From Escherichia phage teqdroes, in the sequence record NC_054932.1: DNA of 64,000 nt; one strand, 5' to 3'. The notes below the pieces were generated by a model, which was given only the letters and a program-made list of their open reading frames with translations, made no database searches and was not told the origin of the DNA. A program made the translations under genes and the position numbers. Shown in pieces: positions 11,333 to 28,602 of the stretch (its first letter is position 1; every line of letters begins with the position of its first letter).

Positions 11333-11548
11333 ATGAGATTGATTATGAGAACTGAGGTTGTGGTGTTTACTCTTCATGAGTCTGGAAAGTCATTCATTGA
11401 AATTGCTCGTGAATTAAACTTACAGGCAAAAGAAGTGGCTGTATTATGGGCTCGAGCTATGACTGCTAAGAATAAATTTGAAACTCGAGAAAAAGTTGTC
11501 TATAGAAAAAGACATATCAATAAAAAGGTGAAAAATGGAACAGTATGA
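11333..11548 (+). CDS. hypothetical small protein (24.3 position)
   Basis: 71-aa ORF; start uncertain (ATG 11333 or 11345). Confidence 0.5.
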   Translation: MRLIMRTEVVVFTLHESGKSFIEIARELNLQAKEVAVLWARAMTAKNKFETREKVVYRKRHINKKVKNGTV

Positions 11549-11813
11549 TCTTTATGAAAATGAATCTTTTGCTAATCAATTACGCGAAAAAGCATTCAAA
11601 AGTAAACAGTTTAAGCTAGAGTGTTTTATTAAAGATTTTTCGGAACTTGCTAATAAAGCAGCTGAACAAGGTAAAACACATTTTAATTATTATTGTATTG
11701 CTCGTGATAAATTGATTACTGAAGAAATTGGTGATTGGCTGAGAAAAGAAGGATTCAGCTTTAAAGTTAATAGTGATCAGCGTGATGGTGATTGGTTAGA
11801 AATTACATTTTGA
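11535..11813 (+). CDS. hypothetical protein (24.2 position)
   Basis: 92-aa ORF with AAGGTG ribosome-binding site. Confidence 0.55.
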   Translation: MEQYDLYENESFANQLREKAFKSKQFKLECFIKDFSELANKAAEQGKTHFNYYCIARDKLITEEIGDWLRKEGFSFKVNSDQRDGDWLEITF

Positions 11814-11822
11814 GGATTAATT

Positions 11823-12827
11823 ATGTTTAAAAAGTATAGCAGTCTTGAAAATCATTACAACTCTAAATTTATTGAAAAACTTTATAGCTTGGGATTGACT
11901 GGTGGGGAGTGGGTAGCTCGTGAAAAGATTCACGGCACAAATTTCTCATTGATTATTGAGCGTGATAAAGTAACTTGCGCTAAACGTACTGGACCGATTC
12001 TTCCTGCTGAAGATTTCTTTGGGTATGAAATTATTTTAAAGAATTACGCTGATTCCATTAAAGCAGTACAAGATATTATGGAAACCTCAGCGGTTGTATC
12101 TTATCAAGTCTTTGGCGAATTCGCTGGACCTGGCATTCAGAAGAATGTCGATTATGGTGATAAAGATTTTTATGTATTTGACATTATTGTCACTACAGAA
12201 AGTGGCGATGTGACTTATGTCGACGATTATATGATGGAATCATTCTGCAATACATTTAAATTTAAAATGGCTCCACTTTTAGGTCGCGGTAAATTTGAAG
12301 AGCTTATTAAATTGCCAAATGATTTAGATTCTGTCGTCCAAGATTATAATTTTACAGTAGACCATGCTGGATTAGTTGATGCAAATAAATGCGTTTGGAA
12401 TGCCGAAGCAAAAGGCGAAGTATTTACCGCTGAAGGATATGTATTGAAACCTTGTTATCCTTCTTGGCTGCCTAATCGCAATCGTGTAGCGATTAAATGC
12501 AAGAATTCCAAATTTAGTGAAAAGAAAAAGTCTGATAAGCCTATTAAAGCTAAAGTTGAACTATCAGAAGCTGATAACAAATTGGTGGGAATTTTAGCTT
12601 GTTACGTTACACTGAACCGGGTAAATAACGTTATTTCTAAAATTGGCGAAATTGGTCCAAAGGATTTTGGAAAGGTGATGGGGCTAACTGTTCAAGATAT
12701 TTTGGAAGAAACTTCTCGTGAAGGTATTACTCTAACTCAAGCAGATAATCCTTCTTTGATTAAGAAGGAATTAGTTAAAATGGTACAAGATGTACTTCGT
12801 CCAGCTTGGATTGAGTTGGTGAGCTAA
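11823..12827 (+). CDS. rnlB: RNA ligase 2 (Rnl2)
   Basis: 334-aa ORF; nucleotidyltransferase lysine motif in [10 protein letters not shown]; T4 Rnl2 length and position. Confidence 0.85.
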   Translation: MFKKYSSLENHYNSKFIEKLYSLGLTGGEWVAREKIHGTNFSLIIERDKVTCAKRTGPILPAEDFFGYEIILKNYADSIKAVQDIMETSAVVSYQVFGEFAGPGIQKNVDYGDKDFYVFDIIVTTESGDVTYVDDYMMESFCNTFKFKMAPLLGRGKFEELIKLPNDLDSVVQDYNFTVDHAGLVDANKCVWNAEAKGEVFTAEGYVLKPCYPSWLPNRNRVAIKCKNSKFSEKKKSDKPIKAKVELSEADNKLVGILACYVTLNRVNNVISKIGEIGPKDFGKVMGLTVQDILEETSREGITLTQADNPSLIKKELVKMVQDVLRPAWIELVS

Positions 12828-12832
12828 ATAAA

Positions 12833-12858
12833 AAGGGACCGAAAGGTCCCTTTGCTTT
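12833..12858. terminator. bidirectional hairpin GGGACC-GAAA-GGTCCC between convergent rnlB and gene 24
   Basis: Perfect 6-bp stem with GAAA loop, T-runs on both sides. Confidence 0.6.
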
Positions 12859-14140
12859 ATTCATCAATAATAATTTTTGGTAATTTAACACCTAATAAAA
12901 CAGACAAATCTGAACGACCAGCCATTTTATCCATGTCTCCACCGTCAATTATTCTTGCTTCTTTTTCATCTTTTGCTACGGTATAAGGATTTGCTGATAA
13001 AGCATATCTAACTAATAAACCGATAGACGGCTGTAAGCTTTCTGGATCAACAACAACTTTAAATGCACCTACATGTTCAGGGTCATCTAAGTCGAGACCT
13101 TCTGTATACGGAGCATAGAAAATTGATCCAACAATTTCTTTTTCACCGATATTTTCTACTACACCAACGATTACATAATCTAATGGGCTGTTAGTATCGC
13201 AATAAAGCGGTAAACCATTAGCTAAGAACCCGTAGGCATTTTGTGAAAGATATTTATCATCTTCCGGTTTATGTTTTAACCAACCTGATGCAGCAAGAAT
13301 CGCAGCAGCACGAGCTGAAGCTACACAAAATGTTGCTGTATAAGTTGATTCTTTTTGGATATGTGAAACCATTTCACATACCATTCGATATAATGAACGA
13401 CCCGCTTCAGGTGCAGATGCATAACTCAAATCGATGAATCCACTATCAGTAATTCCTGTAACTTTATAGCGTTTTGACACTGTAATCAAAGACTGCAGAA
13501 TATCTTTATTGATTTCATCCGCCATTTCGGTTGCAAGCAAATCTTCCAAGAAATTAGGAGCATCGAATCCATTTGCTTCTAAATCTTGTGCTAATTCAAC
13601 TGTGATGCCAGTTTTAAGTTTACGAGATTTAACGGCGGTTTGCCATTTATTAATCTGGAATCTAGCATCCGCAATTTCACTATCAGAGCTTTCAAATTTG
13701 CTTGTTGACGCTGCGTCAGAAAATAGACGAACCTTTAAAAGAACAATTGCAATCTGAAGAGCTAACTCTAAGTCGCTTTCTTCAATATCAGCAAATGGAG
13801 TATCTTCTAATACTTTATAAACGATATTATTATATTTGAATAAATCGCCTTTATTGAGAGTTAATTTAGACTCTTCTGTCAATTCTGTGATTTGTTCTCG
13901 GTCTACATATCCAGCTTCGCCAGCGTAAGTAGCACCAGTTTTAAATGTAAATTCATTGTCTGGGTTAAGGTATTTGATACCATAAAAAGCAGCAACAGGT
14001 TGATTAGTTCTTTGCGTTGCTACAATGTCAGAATATATTAATTTAGTGGTAGCGCGAGTCAAAGCAACGAGATTTGGGCGACCGATTGAGTTGCTATTCG
14101 TTGTGGTTGATTCGCGCAGAAGTTCGTTGATTTTAGCCAT
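12857..14140 (-). CDS. 24: capsid vertex protein gp24
   Basis: 427-aa ORF, paralog-like to gp23; T4 gp24 length and position. Confidence 0.9.
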   Translation of the reverse strand: MAKINELLRESTTTNSNSIGRPNLVALTRATTKLIYSDIVATQRTNQPVAAFYGIKYLNPDNEFTFKTGATYAGEAGYVDREQITELTEESKLTLNKGDLFKYNNIVYKVLEDTPFADIEESDLELALQIAIVLLKVRLFSDAASTSKFESSDSEIADARFQINKWQTAVKSRKLKTGITVELAQDLEANGFDAPNFLEDLLATEMADEINKDILQSLITVSKRYKVTGITDSGFIDLSYASAPEAGRSLYRMVCEMVSHIQKESTYTATFCVASARAAAILAASGWLKHKPEDDKYLSQNAYGFLANGLPLYCDTNSPLDYVIVGVVENIGEKEIVGSIFYAPYTEGLDLDDPEHVGAFKVVVDPESLQPSIGLLVRYALSANPYTVAKDEKEARIIDGGDMDKMAGRSDLSVLLGVKLPKIIIDE

Positions 14141-14167
14141 TGCGCTTTCCTTTCAGTTTATATGATT

Positions 14168-14175
14168 TATTTATA
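14168..14175 (-). promoter_or_regulatory. late promoter core TATAAATA for gene 24
   Basis: Reverse complement of tatttata, about 30 nt upstream of the gp24 start. Confidence 0.55.
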
Positions 14176-14185
14176 CCATAAAAAC

Positions 14186-14208
14186 AACTAAAGGGACCCG
14201 AAGGTCCC
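14186..14208 (-). terminator. hairpin GGGACC-(UUCG on the minus strand)-GGTCCC downstream of gene 23
   Basis: Stem-loop then T-rich run on the minus strand. Confidence 0.55.
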
Positions 14209-14223
14209 TTAAATCGTCAAAGA

Positions 14224-15789
14224 TTAGATACCTTTAACATATACACGGCGGAAGTAAGCGTTCTTACCAAGGCTGTTCAGGATAGAAGGCATACCACTCT
14301 GAATGCGAGAAGCCGGAGCCTGAGCAGCGGATTCTGCAAATGGGTTGATACCGATACCGTAACGAGTTTTGAATCCCATTACTGGTTGGAAGTTCTTCGG
14401 ATCGGAACCACGCAGCGGAGTCAGAGCTACATATGGAGCATAGTAAATACCAGCATCCATTTCGTTCGGACCTTTATAACCTACAGTGAAATAATCCTGT
14501 TTAGCATACTGGTCGATATATACACGGTATTTACCACCCAGAACACCTGCAAATACTGACTTAGTAGTATCAGTATTAAAACCGGTTGCCAAACCTTGAG
14601 CAGCATAAGAAATGCCAGTATCAACAGAAGCCAGTACGTTAACTACGTTACGAGAAGCGATAATGAAGTTACCTTCGCCGCGACCGGTTTGACGAGCAAT
14701 TTCAACTGCTTCTTTGTCAATCTGGAACAACAGAGCTTTAAAGGATTCACCCGCCCAGCGAGCACCACGAATATCGATTGGGTCCTGGAAGTCAAATACA
14801 CCAGCTTTAGAACCCGGAGTCAGAGTCATACCAGATTTACCAACCTGAGCTGAGTAGTTAATCCAATCAACAACTTCACGGTTGATTTCCAGCATAATTT
14901 CTGTAGCCAGAATACCAGACAGTTCAGCGTCAGCATCCATACCGTGAACAGCGCGGAGGTCTTGTGCTAATTCGATAGAGTAAGCAGCTTTCAGCTGGCG
15001 AGATTTAGCTTCGATAACTTGTTTATCGATACGGAAGCCCATTTCATTCCATGGGTTATCGGTAGAACCGTTGAAACCTTCCTGGAGTTCAGCGATAGAA
15101 GTAGCCATACCTTCAGCGATTTCTACCAGTGCACCAGCTTCCATTTGTTTCTTAATTTCAGCATCTAATTTATCTGCATCAGTTGCGCTTGCACTAATTG
15201 TTACTTGAGCAGAAGCTTGCAGATACACAGTACCAGTGTCCTGGAAGAAGTGAGTATAGATATCACCTACTGTGGTTTCTGTGCTAGCAGCCAGAGCTGG
15301 GAATTTCTTAGCAGCACCCTGACCAGAGAACATTGCATCTGGACCATACATTGGGTGGAATGCTTCTTTAGCACCGGCAGCGATCGGATCTTTACCATAT
15401 ACCGCGCGGAGTGCGAATACCTGACCGGTTGGGCTGTTCATCGGCTGAACACCACAAATATCGAAAGCAATCAGGTTAGGAATAGCACGACGTACCATAC
15501 CCATAACAGCTGGGCCAATCTGAGTTACTGCGCCAGAAGTCTGACCTGCAGCGATGTTGGTAGCATTGTAACCGTGGTCACCACCGATTTCAGCTTCTGT
15601 TAAGAAAGAACCAAATGCCTGAGCAATTTTTTCGTCTTTATATTCTGGAGCTGTCTGGAAATCTTTTTCCTGGTTTTCAAAGATTTTAGCGATAATCGCT
15701 TGTTTGCTATTAGCAATTTCCGGTAAACCTTCACCTTCCAGTAATGGCTTCCATTTGTTCAAAAGTTCAGCTTTAGTTTTGATAGTCAT
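14224..15789 (-). CDS. 23: major capsid protein gp23
   Basis: 521-aa ORF; sequence recognised as T4 gp23 (MTIKTKAELLNKWKPLLEGEG...). Confidence 0.95.
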   Translation of the reverse strand: MTIKTKAELLNKWKPLLEGEGLPEIANSKQAIIAKIFENQEKDFQTAPEYKDEKIAQAFGSFLTEAEIGGDHGYNATNIAAGQTSGAVTQIGPAVMGMVRRAIPNLIAFDICGVQPMNSPTGQVFALRAVYGKDPIAAGAKEAFHPMYGPDAMFSGQGAAKKFPALAASTETTVGDIYTHFFQDTGTVYLQASAQVTISASATDADKLDAEIKKQMEAGALVEIAEGMATSIAELQEGFNGSTDNPWNEMGFRIDKQVIEAKSRQLKAAYSIELAQDLRAVHGMDADAELSGILATEIMLEINREVVDWINYSAQVGKSGMTLTPGSKAGVFDFQDPIDIRGARWAGESFKALLFQIDKEAVEIARQTGRGEGNFIIASRNVVNVLASVDTGISYAAQGLATGFNTDTTKSVFAGVLGGKYRVYIDQYAKQDYFTVGYKGPNEMDAGIYYAPYVALTPLRGSDPKNFQPVMGFKTRYGIGINPFAESAAQAPASRIQSGMPSILNSLGKNAYFRRVYVKGI

Positions 15790-15807
15790 TTGTGTTAACC
15801 TTTAAAA

Positions 15808-16617
15808 TTAGAAACGAGATGCGACTTTCGCATATACACTTACAATATCTTCTGCACCCTGTGCAGCTTTATCTTCTACAGCTTCAGTGACGAAATTCAG
15901 TCCGGCTGCTTCAGTATCAGGAGTATTTATACTCTCAGTAATAGTGCTTTCATCTTTATTAGATTTCTTCACCATTTCTACGATTGCACTCAATTTACTT
16001 GAGAATGCATCTGAATAATCCATACCTTCGACCAGAGCAGAGACTTTTTCTTTTTGAGACTCAGTCAGATCTTTAGTACTTTCGCTCAATGCCACTTCAC
16101 GCTGCACATAATTGATATATGCGTCACGCTTATTGAGTTCTTCGAACAGACGAGCTGATTCTTCTTTATGTTCTTGCAGCTCTTCTTCCATTTCAGCTAC
16201 AACATCAACCGATTCTTCTGGAACAACAACGTTGTGTTCAACAAAGAGCTCTTTTAATCCACCAAGCATGGATTCAAACAGTTCGGCTTTGATGCCTTTA
16301 TCAACTGCTAATTTATTTTCAGCGAGCCATTCTTTCGCAAGATGGTCAATGAATTTAGAAGCTTGCTCAGCGATTTTCTTCTCAGCTTTTTCTTCGGCTT
16401 CTTCTTTATTTTTTTCTACTTCTTCTTCTGCTTTTTCAGCAATTTTAGCGATATGAGATTCAGCTAATTTAACGGCGTGCTGCTTGACGGTAGCTTCGAA
16501 TACAGTGCCGAAAGTTTCTTTTGCTTCCGGAGAAATATTAACTGATTCGAAAATACTATCAAGAGCAACGGAAGCATCAATTTTCTGCGCTTCGGCAATC
16601 AGTTGTTCTTTAAGCAT
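15808..16617 (-). CDS. 22: prohead core scaffold protein gp22
   Basis: 269-aa Glu/Lys/Ala-rich helical ORF between 21 and 23. Confidence 0.9.
   Translation of the reverse strand: MLKEQLIAEAQKIDASVALDSIFESVNISPEAKETFGTVFEATVKQHAVKLAESHIAKIAEKAEEEVEKNKEEAEEKAEKKIAEQASKFIDHLAKEWLAENKLAVDKGIKAELFESMLGGLKELFVEHNVVVPEESVDVVAEMEEELQEHKEESARLFEELNKRDAYINYVQREVALSESTKDLTESQKEKVSALVEGMDYSDAFSSKLSAIVEMVKKSNKDESTITESINTPDTEAAGLNFVTEAVEDKAAQGAEDIVSVYAKVASRF
15924..15931 (-). promoter_or_regulatory. candidate late promoter for gene 23 (TATAAATACTCC on the minus strand, inside the gene 22 coding region)
   Basis: Exact TATAAATA on the minus strand about 135 nt upstream of the gp23 ATG. Confidence 0.4.
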
Positions 16618-16644
16618 TTTGTAGTCCTGTTGTTTAGATAATAA

Positions 16645-16652
16645 TATTTATA
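16645..16652 (-). promoter_or_regulatory. late promoter core TATAAATA upstream of gene 22
   Basis: Reverse complement of tatttata in the 3' end of gene 21. Confidence 0.45.
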
Positions 16653-17286
16653 ACGCTTTTTTCATGGCCTCTGCGAGAGCCATATAGGCGTCATCGGCAC
16701 TTGTATCGGCTTCCGCCGTCTGTGATTCGGTAATTTCCTTAGGAGTTACCCATGCATCTGGAGCACTTGGACCCCATACTGCATCAACACCTACAGTTAA
16801 TTTGAATCCTTCGTTTACGATACGATAACCTTTATTTGTGTCAGTCAATGAACCTAATCCACGAGAAGAAACTCCTGGAATCCATCCGGCACGAATATTA
16901 GCTGCTAATTTATCTCCAGGACCATGGTCACCTTCAATAACACGAGCTCGTCCGTATACGTCATTTCCTTTCCACCACATATCTTCTATAATGATAGCGG
17001 CTTGCATTGGGTCAACATTAGCGCGTGGAGGATGATTTAATTCTCCGAGAGCTTGTTTAGTTAAAACTTGCTCATTAATATAGTCTTTTACCGCTTTTTC
17101 CAATATACGTTTTGGATAAAGACGTTTATTTCTATTGACGACTTCCGCTTGCATGAATATTCCTTCGATGTATAAACCCGGTTTTAAACCTAAGTCTTTT
17201 CCATCATGAGATTCAAGCATTGGCACGCCATCAATAATTTCGCCAGGTTGACCCCAAGTTTCAATTAGTAATTGGGGTTCATTCAT
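16648..17286 (-). CDS. 21: prohead core protease gp21
   Basis: 212-aa ORF, T4 gp21 length and position. Confidence 0.9.
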   Translation of the reverse strand: MNEPQLLIETWGQPGEIIDGVPMLESHDGKDLGLKPGLYIEGIFMQAEVVNRNKRLYPKRILEKAVKDYINEQVLTKQALGELNHPPRANVDPMQAAIIIEDMWWKGNDVYGRARVIEGDHGPGDKLAANIRAGWIPGVSSRGLGSLTDTNKGYRIVNEGFKLTVGVDAVWGPSAPDAWVTPKEITESQTAEADTSADDAYMALAEAMKKAL

Positions 17287-17711
17287 TAGCTTAATCCTAA
17301 TGCTTTACGGCGTTTAAGAGCTTTTTTACGCTTACGCTGAGCACGAGATTGACCTGCTGGATTGGCAATCTTCGTTTTGGTAGCTTTACGAGCAATTTGT
17401 CTACGTTTTGCTTTAGACAGCCCAGTGGTTTGAAATGCATTACGTTCACGCGTTTTGCGGTCTTTAGTGCGAGTAATTTCACCACGGGCGGAAACATGTT
17501 TAACGATAAATTCATTTAGCGGCATATTTTCATTAATAGAAGCTAATGCAACCGCTAAATCAGTTTCATCATCAAGCATATTCTCGACAATTGTATTTAT
17601 ATCGTCTTTATTTAAAGCAGAAGACAATTCGTCAAAGCGACCCTGTGCTTCAGGAATAAGTGCTTCGACATTCTCGAGAACTAATTCATGAGTTTCAGGG
17701 ATCAGAAGCAT
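17286..17711 (-). CDS. 68: prohead core protein gp68
   Basis: 141-aa ORF with basic C-terminus; position between 67 and 21. Confidence 0.8.
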
Positions 17712-17949
17712 TATTCATCATCCTCGTCTTCGTCAGAGTCTTCGTCTTTTTTGTCGTCTTTATCATCACTATCTTCGTCTTCGTCATCATCCTCGTCATC
17801 AGGTTCTTCACCTTCGATTAAGAAATTACGAGCGATAGCGATTTTTTCTTCTTTAATTAAATCAATCGTTCTTGCAGCCATGGCTTCAGCAAATAATTTA
17901 CGAGCGGCTACGAGGTCGTTTGATTTAATAGCTTCAATTAAACCTTCCA

Positions 17950-17950
<1 letters not shown>
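17711..17950 (-). CDS. 67: prohead core protein gp67
   Basis: 79-aa ORF with a poly-Asp/Glu C-terminal tail. Confidence 0.8.
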
Positions 17951-19575
<1,625 letters not shown>

Positions 19576-19607
19576 TTAAGCAGGATGGGGATTTCTCCCC
19601 ATTCATT

Positions 19608-20099
19608 TTATTCCCAATAATCGAGAGCAAGAGTTACTTCAAAGGTTTGGATTTCATTGTTTGAATCCCAATCTAATTGAAGTTCACCCACGTTAGTAGG
19701 CCACAGACCTTTAATTTCAATTTCTTTTGTTACTGTTTTAGCGTCACGAGCGTATTGACGAACGATAGCGCTCTTTTTATACTCGGCAGGTTTTCCACCA
19801 GTAATTTCGTTTCCTTGCCCCGCAGCAATGCTTTGCCAATCAACGAACTTCTGGCGAGCATCATGTGCCTCATCGTTCATTACTGTAACAGTCCAGTCAT
19901 CGAATGTACGATCACCTGCTACGTTAATTTTACGGTTCATAAATCCGACTGGAATTTTTTCTACAATACCAGCTGGTAAAGCAGTGGCTTTACATTGAAA
20001 CGTAAAATTTTGTCCAAGATAAGAAATTTCTACTTGGAATAAGTTAGGTCGCGCAAAATCACCCGATTCAAACGCGCGTGTTACATCATCTACAAACAT
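19608..20099 (-). CDS. 19: tail tube protein gp19
   Basis: 163-aa ORF, T4 gp19 length and position. Confidence 0.9.
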   Translation of the reverse strand: MFVDDVTRAFESGDFARPNLFQVEISYLGQNFTFQCKATALPAGIVEKIPVGFMNRKINVAGDRTFDDWTVTVMNDEAHDARQKFVDWQSIAAGQGNEITGGKPAEYKKSAIVRQYARDAKTVTKEIEIKGLWPTNVGELQLDWDSNNEIQTFEVTLALDYWE

Positions 20100-20113
20100 A
20101 TTAGCCTCTGTAG

Positions 20114-20121
20114 TATTTATA
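20114..20121 (-). promoter_or_regulatory. late promoter core TATAAATA upstream of gene 19 (proximal)
   Basis: Reverse complement of tatttata. Confidence 0.5.
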
Positions 20122-20172
20122 TCCCTATGTTTAACCTAGGGCATATAGAATTAAAGAATTAAGGATATAGTG

Positions 20173-20180
20173 TATTTATA
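20173..20180 (-). promoter_or_regulatory. second TATAAATA upstream of gene 19, next to a GGCCTG...CAGGCC hairpin (20182..20199)
   Basis: Reverse complement of tatttata. Confidence 0.4.
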
Positions 20181-20215
20181 TGGCCTGCCGAAACAGGCCT
20201 TTAGAATGCACCGTA

Positions 20216-22195
20216 TTAACCTGCAAGACCAGTTAACTCATCGAAATCTGCACCAGTAGCAGTTGCTACGAAGTTTAAGGTAATGTAGTTAATGCTTCTA
20301 GCCGGTTGGATGTAGAATGTTGCAACAAACTCATTTCTATCAATTACTGACGGAGTGTTATTTGTTGTATCGCAAACTACACGATATTCATAAATTCCAC
20401 CGAGAGCTTTAATTCCCTGTAAGTACTGGGCAGTTTCTGTGCGGAATGATGAACGAGTAAACGCGTTGTTTAATTCGAACAAACGATATTTTGAACTACG
20501 TCCGATATTCGTTTTCAACATATTAAACAGACGACGAACGTTAATACGATCAAATGGAGAAGGAACAGAAGTAGCTGTTTTATCACCATACAATACGTAA
20601 CCATCACCACCTGTACCAGTTACTGGGTTGATAGCTTCTTGGTATAAACGGTCGCGCTGAGCCTGGCGAGTTTCAATAGCCAGTTTAATAACGTTAAGAA
20701 TCTGACCACGATTATAACCAGCTGGAGACATCCAAGTCTGAGATACGTTATCAGTTCTTGCGCATAAACCAGCAATATCAGCTGCTAATGGAACCCAACG
20801 ATTCACATCATTATATTTGTCATACTGATACTTATAGTTACCATCAATTGCTGCGTAGGTTGAACTGATATTAAAGTTATTATCAGTGTATGAACCTGCT
20901 GCAGTTCTCCAATTGACTAAGTTATCAACAGCACGAGTTACAGGAATTCCAACTACAGTTTCACGCGGAGGAGAGCATAATACTAAGCAATCTTGGCGAG
21001 CATCCCCAATTGAAACGACGTGTTTTTGGACAGTAGATGCTGTTTCTAAAGATTCACCGGCACAAGAACCCGCAATAAACAGTTGAACATCAACGGATTC
21101 ACGGTCAGCAAAGAAGTCCCAAGCTTCCATCAAATCTCCTGCTGTTACTTCAGCATTTGATGATAATCCACCAGACAGAGTTAAAATTCCAGAGAAGCCT
21201 TCTGGCCAGTTTTGTGCAGTTGCAAAAATATATTCTGAACCACCTTTTGCGAAAAAGTCATCGATATAGATGTTACTATCGTAAATATCTTTTTCACCAC
21301 GCTTAGTTGAAAGAACAACGCTTTGAACAATAGCATCATTACGACGAACTATAATAGCATACTGTGAATCAGTTTGTGGTCCATATCCAAACACTGCTTT
21401 AGCAGTAGATGCACGAGTACCACCACCTGGATAAATTGGGAGTAATGCAGAAGCTCCTTTTGCGTAGTCAGCTTTAGATACGATTTCAATTTCAATTTTA
21501 TCGCCTAATTCGCCTGGATAAAGAGCTACTACTCCTGGAATTCCGTATTTTTTAAGATTTGTTTGAAAGTCAACCGCTGTCATAGCAGCTTCAGCATTTT
21601 CAATTTCAGCTAATAAAATACCAGAATCAGTAATAATTTTTCCAAGAGTTATTACTGCAGCTAAACCAGAGGAAGACGAAGAAATTTCCGCAGTCCAGTT
21701 AGAACCTAATTCCGGATATTCACCGACTTCTTTCGCTTTAGCGATAATTTTTGCAGTAGGAATATTAATTTTCTTAATTTTTCCATCTGCGTCTACTTCA
21801 GTAATTTTACCTTCAGTTTCAATATCATCTGAAACATATTTGACCGTGATTTTATCTCCAACTGCATAGTTACTACCTGGGGTAGAAATTGTGTATTCAA
21901 TATTACCAGCAATCGGAGATGAGTTTTTAGCGGTATCTCTATCAACAGCACGAACTACTCGTAAGTCATTTCCGTACTGCAAGAAATTCATCGCAGACAT
22001 AAAATAGTCAGCAGTTTCAGCGGTTGGTTGACCAAAAGTATTAACTAAATCTACTTCATTTGTAACCTGTTTAATCTGAAAAGCAGGACCCCACTGGAAT
22101 TTACCGGCCAAAGCTGCTGTACCAGTAGAGTTATTAACCACGGTGCTTTGAACCGTAGTTTCTTTGAGCTCAATGCCCGGAGATAATAAAGTCAT
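20216..22195 (-). CDS. 18: tail sheath protein gp18
   Basis: 659-aa ORF, T4 gp18 length and position. Confidence 0.95.
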   Translation of the reverse strand: MTLLSPGIELKETTVQSTVVNNSTGTAALAGKFQWGPAFQIKQVTNEVDLVNTFGQPTAETADYFMSAMNFLQYGNDLRVVRAVDRDTAKNSSPIAGNIEYTISTPGSNYAVGDKITVKYVSDDIETEGKITEVDADGKIKKINIPTAKIIAKAKEVGEYPELGSNWTAEISSSSSGLAAVITLGKIITDSGILLAEIENAEAAMTAVDFQTNLKKYGIPGVVALYPGELGDKIEIEIVSKADYAKGASALLPIYPGGGTRASTAKAVFGYGPQTDSQYAIIVRRNDAIVQSVVLSTKRGEKDIYDSNIYIDDFFAKGGSEYIFATAQNWPEGFSGILTLSGGLSSNAEVTAGDLMEAWDFFADRESVDVQLFIAGSCAGESLETASTVQKHVVSIGDARQDCLVLCSPPRETVVGIPVTRAVDNLVNWRTAAGSYTDNNFNISSTYAAIDGNYKYQYDKYNDVNRWVPLAADIAGLCARTDNVSQTWMSPAGYNRGQILNVIKLAIETRQAQRDRLYQEAINPVTGTGGDGYVLYGDKTATSVPSPFDRINVRRLFNMLKTNIGRSSKYRLFELNNAFTRSSFRTETAQYLQGIKALGGIYEYRVVCDTTNNTPSVIDRNEFVATFYIQPARSINYITLNFVATATGADFDELTGLAG

Positions 22196-22223
22196 TTTTA
22201 ATCCTCTTTAATATGCTTTAATA

Positions 22224-25364
<3,141 letters not shown>

Positions 25365-25405
25365 GATTTCTCCTAATCTGGGCTTTAATTAGTTTATAAT
25401 ATTTA

Positions 25406-27107
<1,702 letters not shown>

Positions 27108-27138
27108 TTAAAATCCTTTGGGGCCTTGCGGCCCCATG

Positions 27139-28602
27139 TTATGCTGGTGATAAAAAGGTAGAAAGCAATACCCATTCGCCGTCTTTACGAACGTAAGCTT
27201 GCCCATCTCTTGGCGCTTCAGGAATATAACCGGCTTCTTGGAGAGCTTGAACATCGCCTTGTAAAGAAGATATATTGCCTTTAGCTGTATTCACTTCTTG
27301 TGTAACTGATGCAATGTTGGTTTCGTTAGCTTTTATTGAATTGGTTAATCCGCGTTCTTCAACAGTTGAACCGTTTGGATTAGTTCCATTTACTAAAGTA
27401 TTTAACGCTACAACTTGCCCTTTAATTCCTGTGCTGTTATTACCAATCTCTACTTGTAGGTTTTGAACATCATTATTCAAGCCTGAAACAGAAGTTTCAA
27501 TTGTAGAAACTCGGTTTAAAAGAGACCCAGGAGGAGAAGGTTGTCCACCACTAGAATCAGTTCCAACAATTTGGTTTAACCATGAAACATTCGCTCTTAA
27601 ACCAGATGAAGTGTTTTCACCGACGATTCCATTTAGAGATTCGATTGAAGTTGTATTATCTTTGATTTGGCCTTTAATACTTGAAGGAATATCGTCTGAT
27701 CCAATAGAAGTTTCAATAACGGTTAAACGCTGTTTAATACCTCCACTTTGATTTAGCTCTAAATTAATAGATGCAATATTATCAGTGTTTGTATTAACAC
27801 TCGTGATAATCGAATTATTTCCTGGATATCCTATTGAGGTCTTAATAGCACTAATGTCAGACTCAACTGTTGTCTGTTTAGTGTCAATTTCATTTAAACG
27901 ACTGTAAACGTTCTGTGAAAATGACGGTGGTTTTGGTCCAAGCTCTTCGCGAAGATTACCAACTTCAATAGTCAAAGAACCTACATCAGATTCAATAAAT
28001 TTTGTTTCTAATTCGCTTAAACGTATTCCCTGTGAAGTAATGACATCAGTATTATTAATAATGCGATGCTTCATTCCACTACTAGGATTTCCTACAACAG
28101 GAAGACCATTAATATCTTGACCTGTGTATTGTCCAAGTTCACGCTTTATCCATAGTAAATCATTTCTGATCGTTCTGTATACAGAGTTGGCCTCGGAGTT
28201 AAATGGACCAATATCAGCAAGAATGCTGTCAACTGTGCTATTAGTCCCATTTAATATTTCTGTATGTTCACTGGTTAGCGTTTTAAGGTCAGAAATATCA
28301 TTTTTATTGATACTTATTTGGGCCAAAGCTTCAATATCACCAGATACATCTAAGATGCCCTGAATTGTTTTAATATCACTATTTGCGGTTTCTAAAGATG
28401 TTTTAAGTATTCCAATGTTTTTATCAAGAACTTCAACATTTCTTAGTACAGAAACTGTAGGTCTATTCATTGAACCTTCGCTTCCATACTGTGTGTCAGC
28501 TCCTAATATTTCTTCGCCGTTTTTAATCCAGGAAATGCGGCTCTGGCCCTCTGCAGGAGGGCCGTCAACGAATGGTAAGTCATTCAGTACAATATCTGTC
28601 AT
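27139..28602 (-). CDS. wac: fibritin (whisker antigen control protein)
   Basis: 487-aa ORF with long heptad-like segmented coiled coil; position between 12 and 13. Confidence 0.9.
   Translation of the reverse strand: MTDIVLNDLPFVDGPPAEGQSRISWIKNGEEILGADTQYGSEGSMNRPTVSVLRNVEVLDKNIGILKTSLETANSDIKTIQGILDVSGDIEALAQISINKNDISDLKTLTSEHTEILNGTNSTVDSILADIGPFNSEANSVYRTIRNDLLWIKRELGQYTGQDINGLPVVGNPSSGMKHRIINNTDVITSQGIRLSELETKFIESDVGSLTIEVGNLREELGPKPPSFSQNVYSRLNEIDTKQTTVESDISAIKTSIGYPGNNSIITSVNTNTDNIASINLELNQSGGIKQRLTVIETSIGSDDIPSSIKGQIKDNTTSIESLNGIVGENTSSGLRANVSWLNQIVGTDSSGGQPSPPGSLLNRVSTIETSVSGLNNDVQNLQVEIGNNSTGIKGQVVALNTLVNGTNPNGSTVEERGLTNSIKANETNIASVTQEVNTAKGNISSLQGDVQALQEAGYIPEAPRDGQAYVRKDGEWVLLSTFLSPA

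Noticed and set aside
16112-16456. 114-aa Ser-rich plus-strand ORF
   Set aside because: Antisense to the Glu/Lys/Ala-rich scaffold gene 22; composition artefact.
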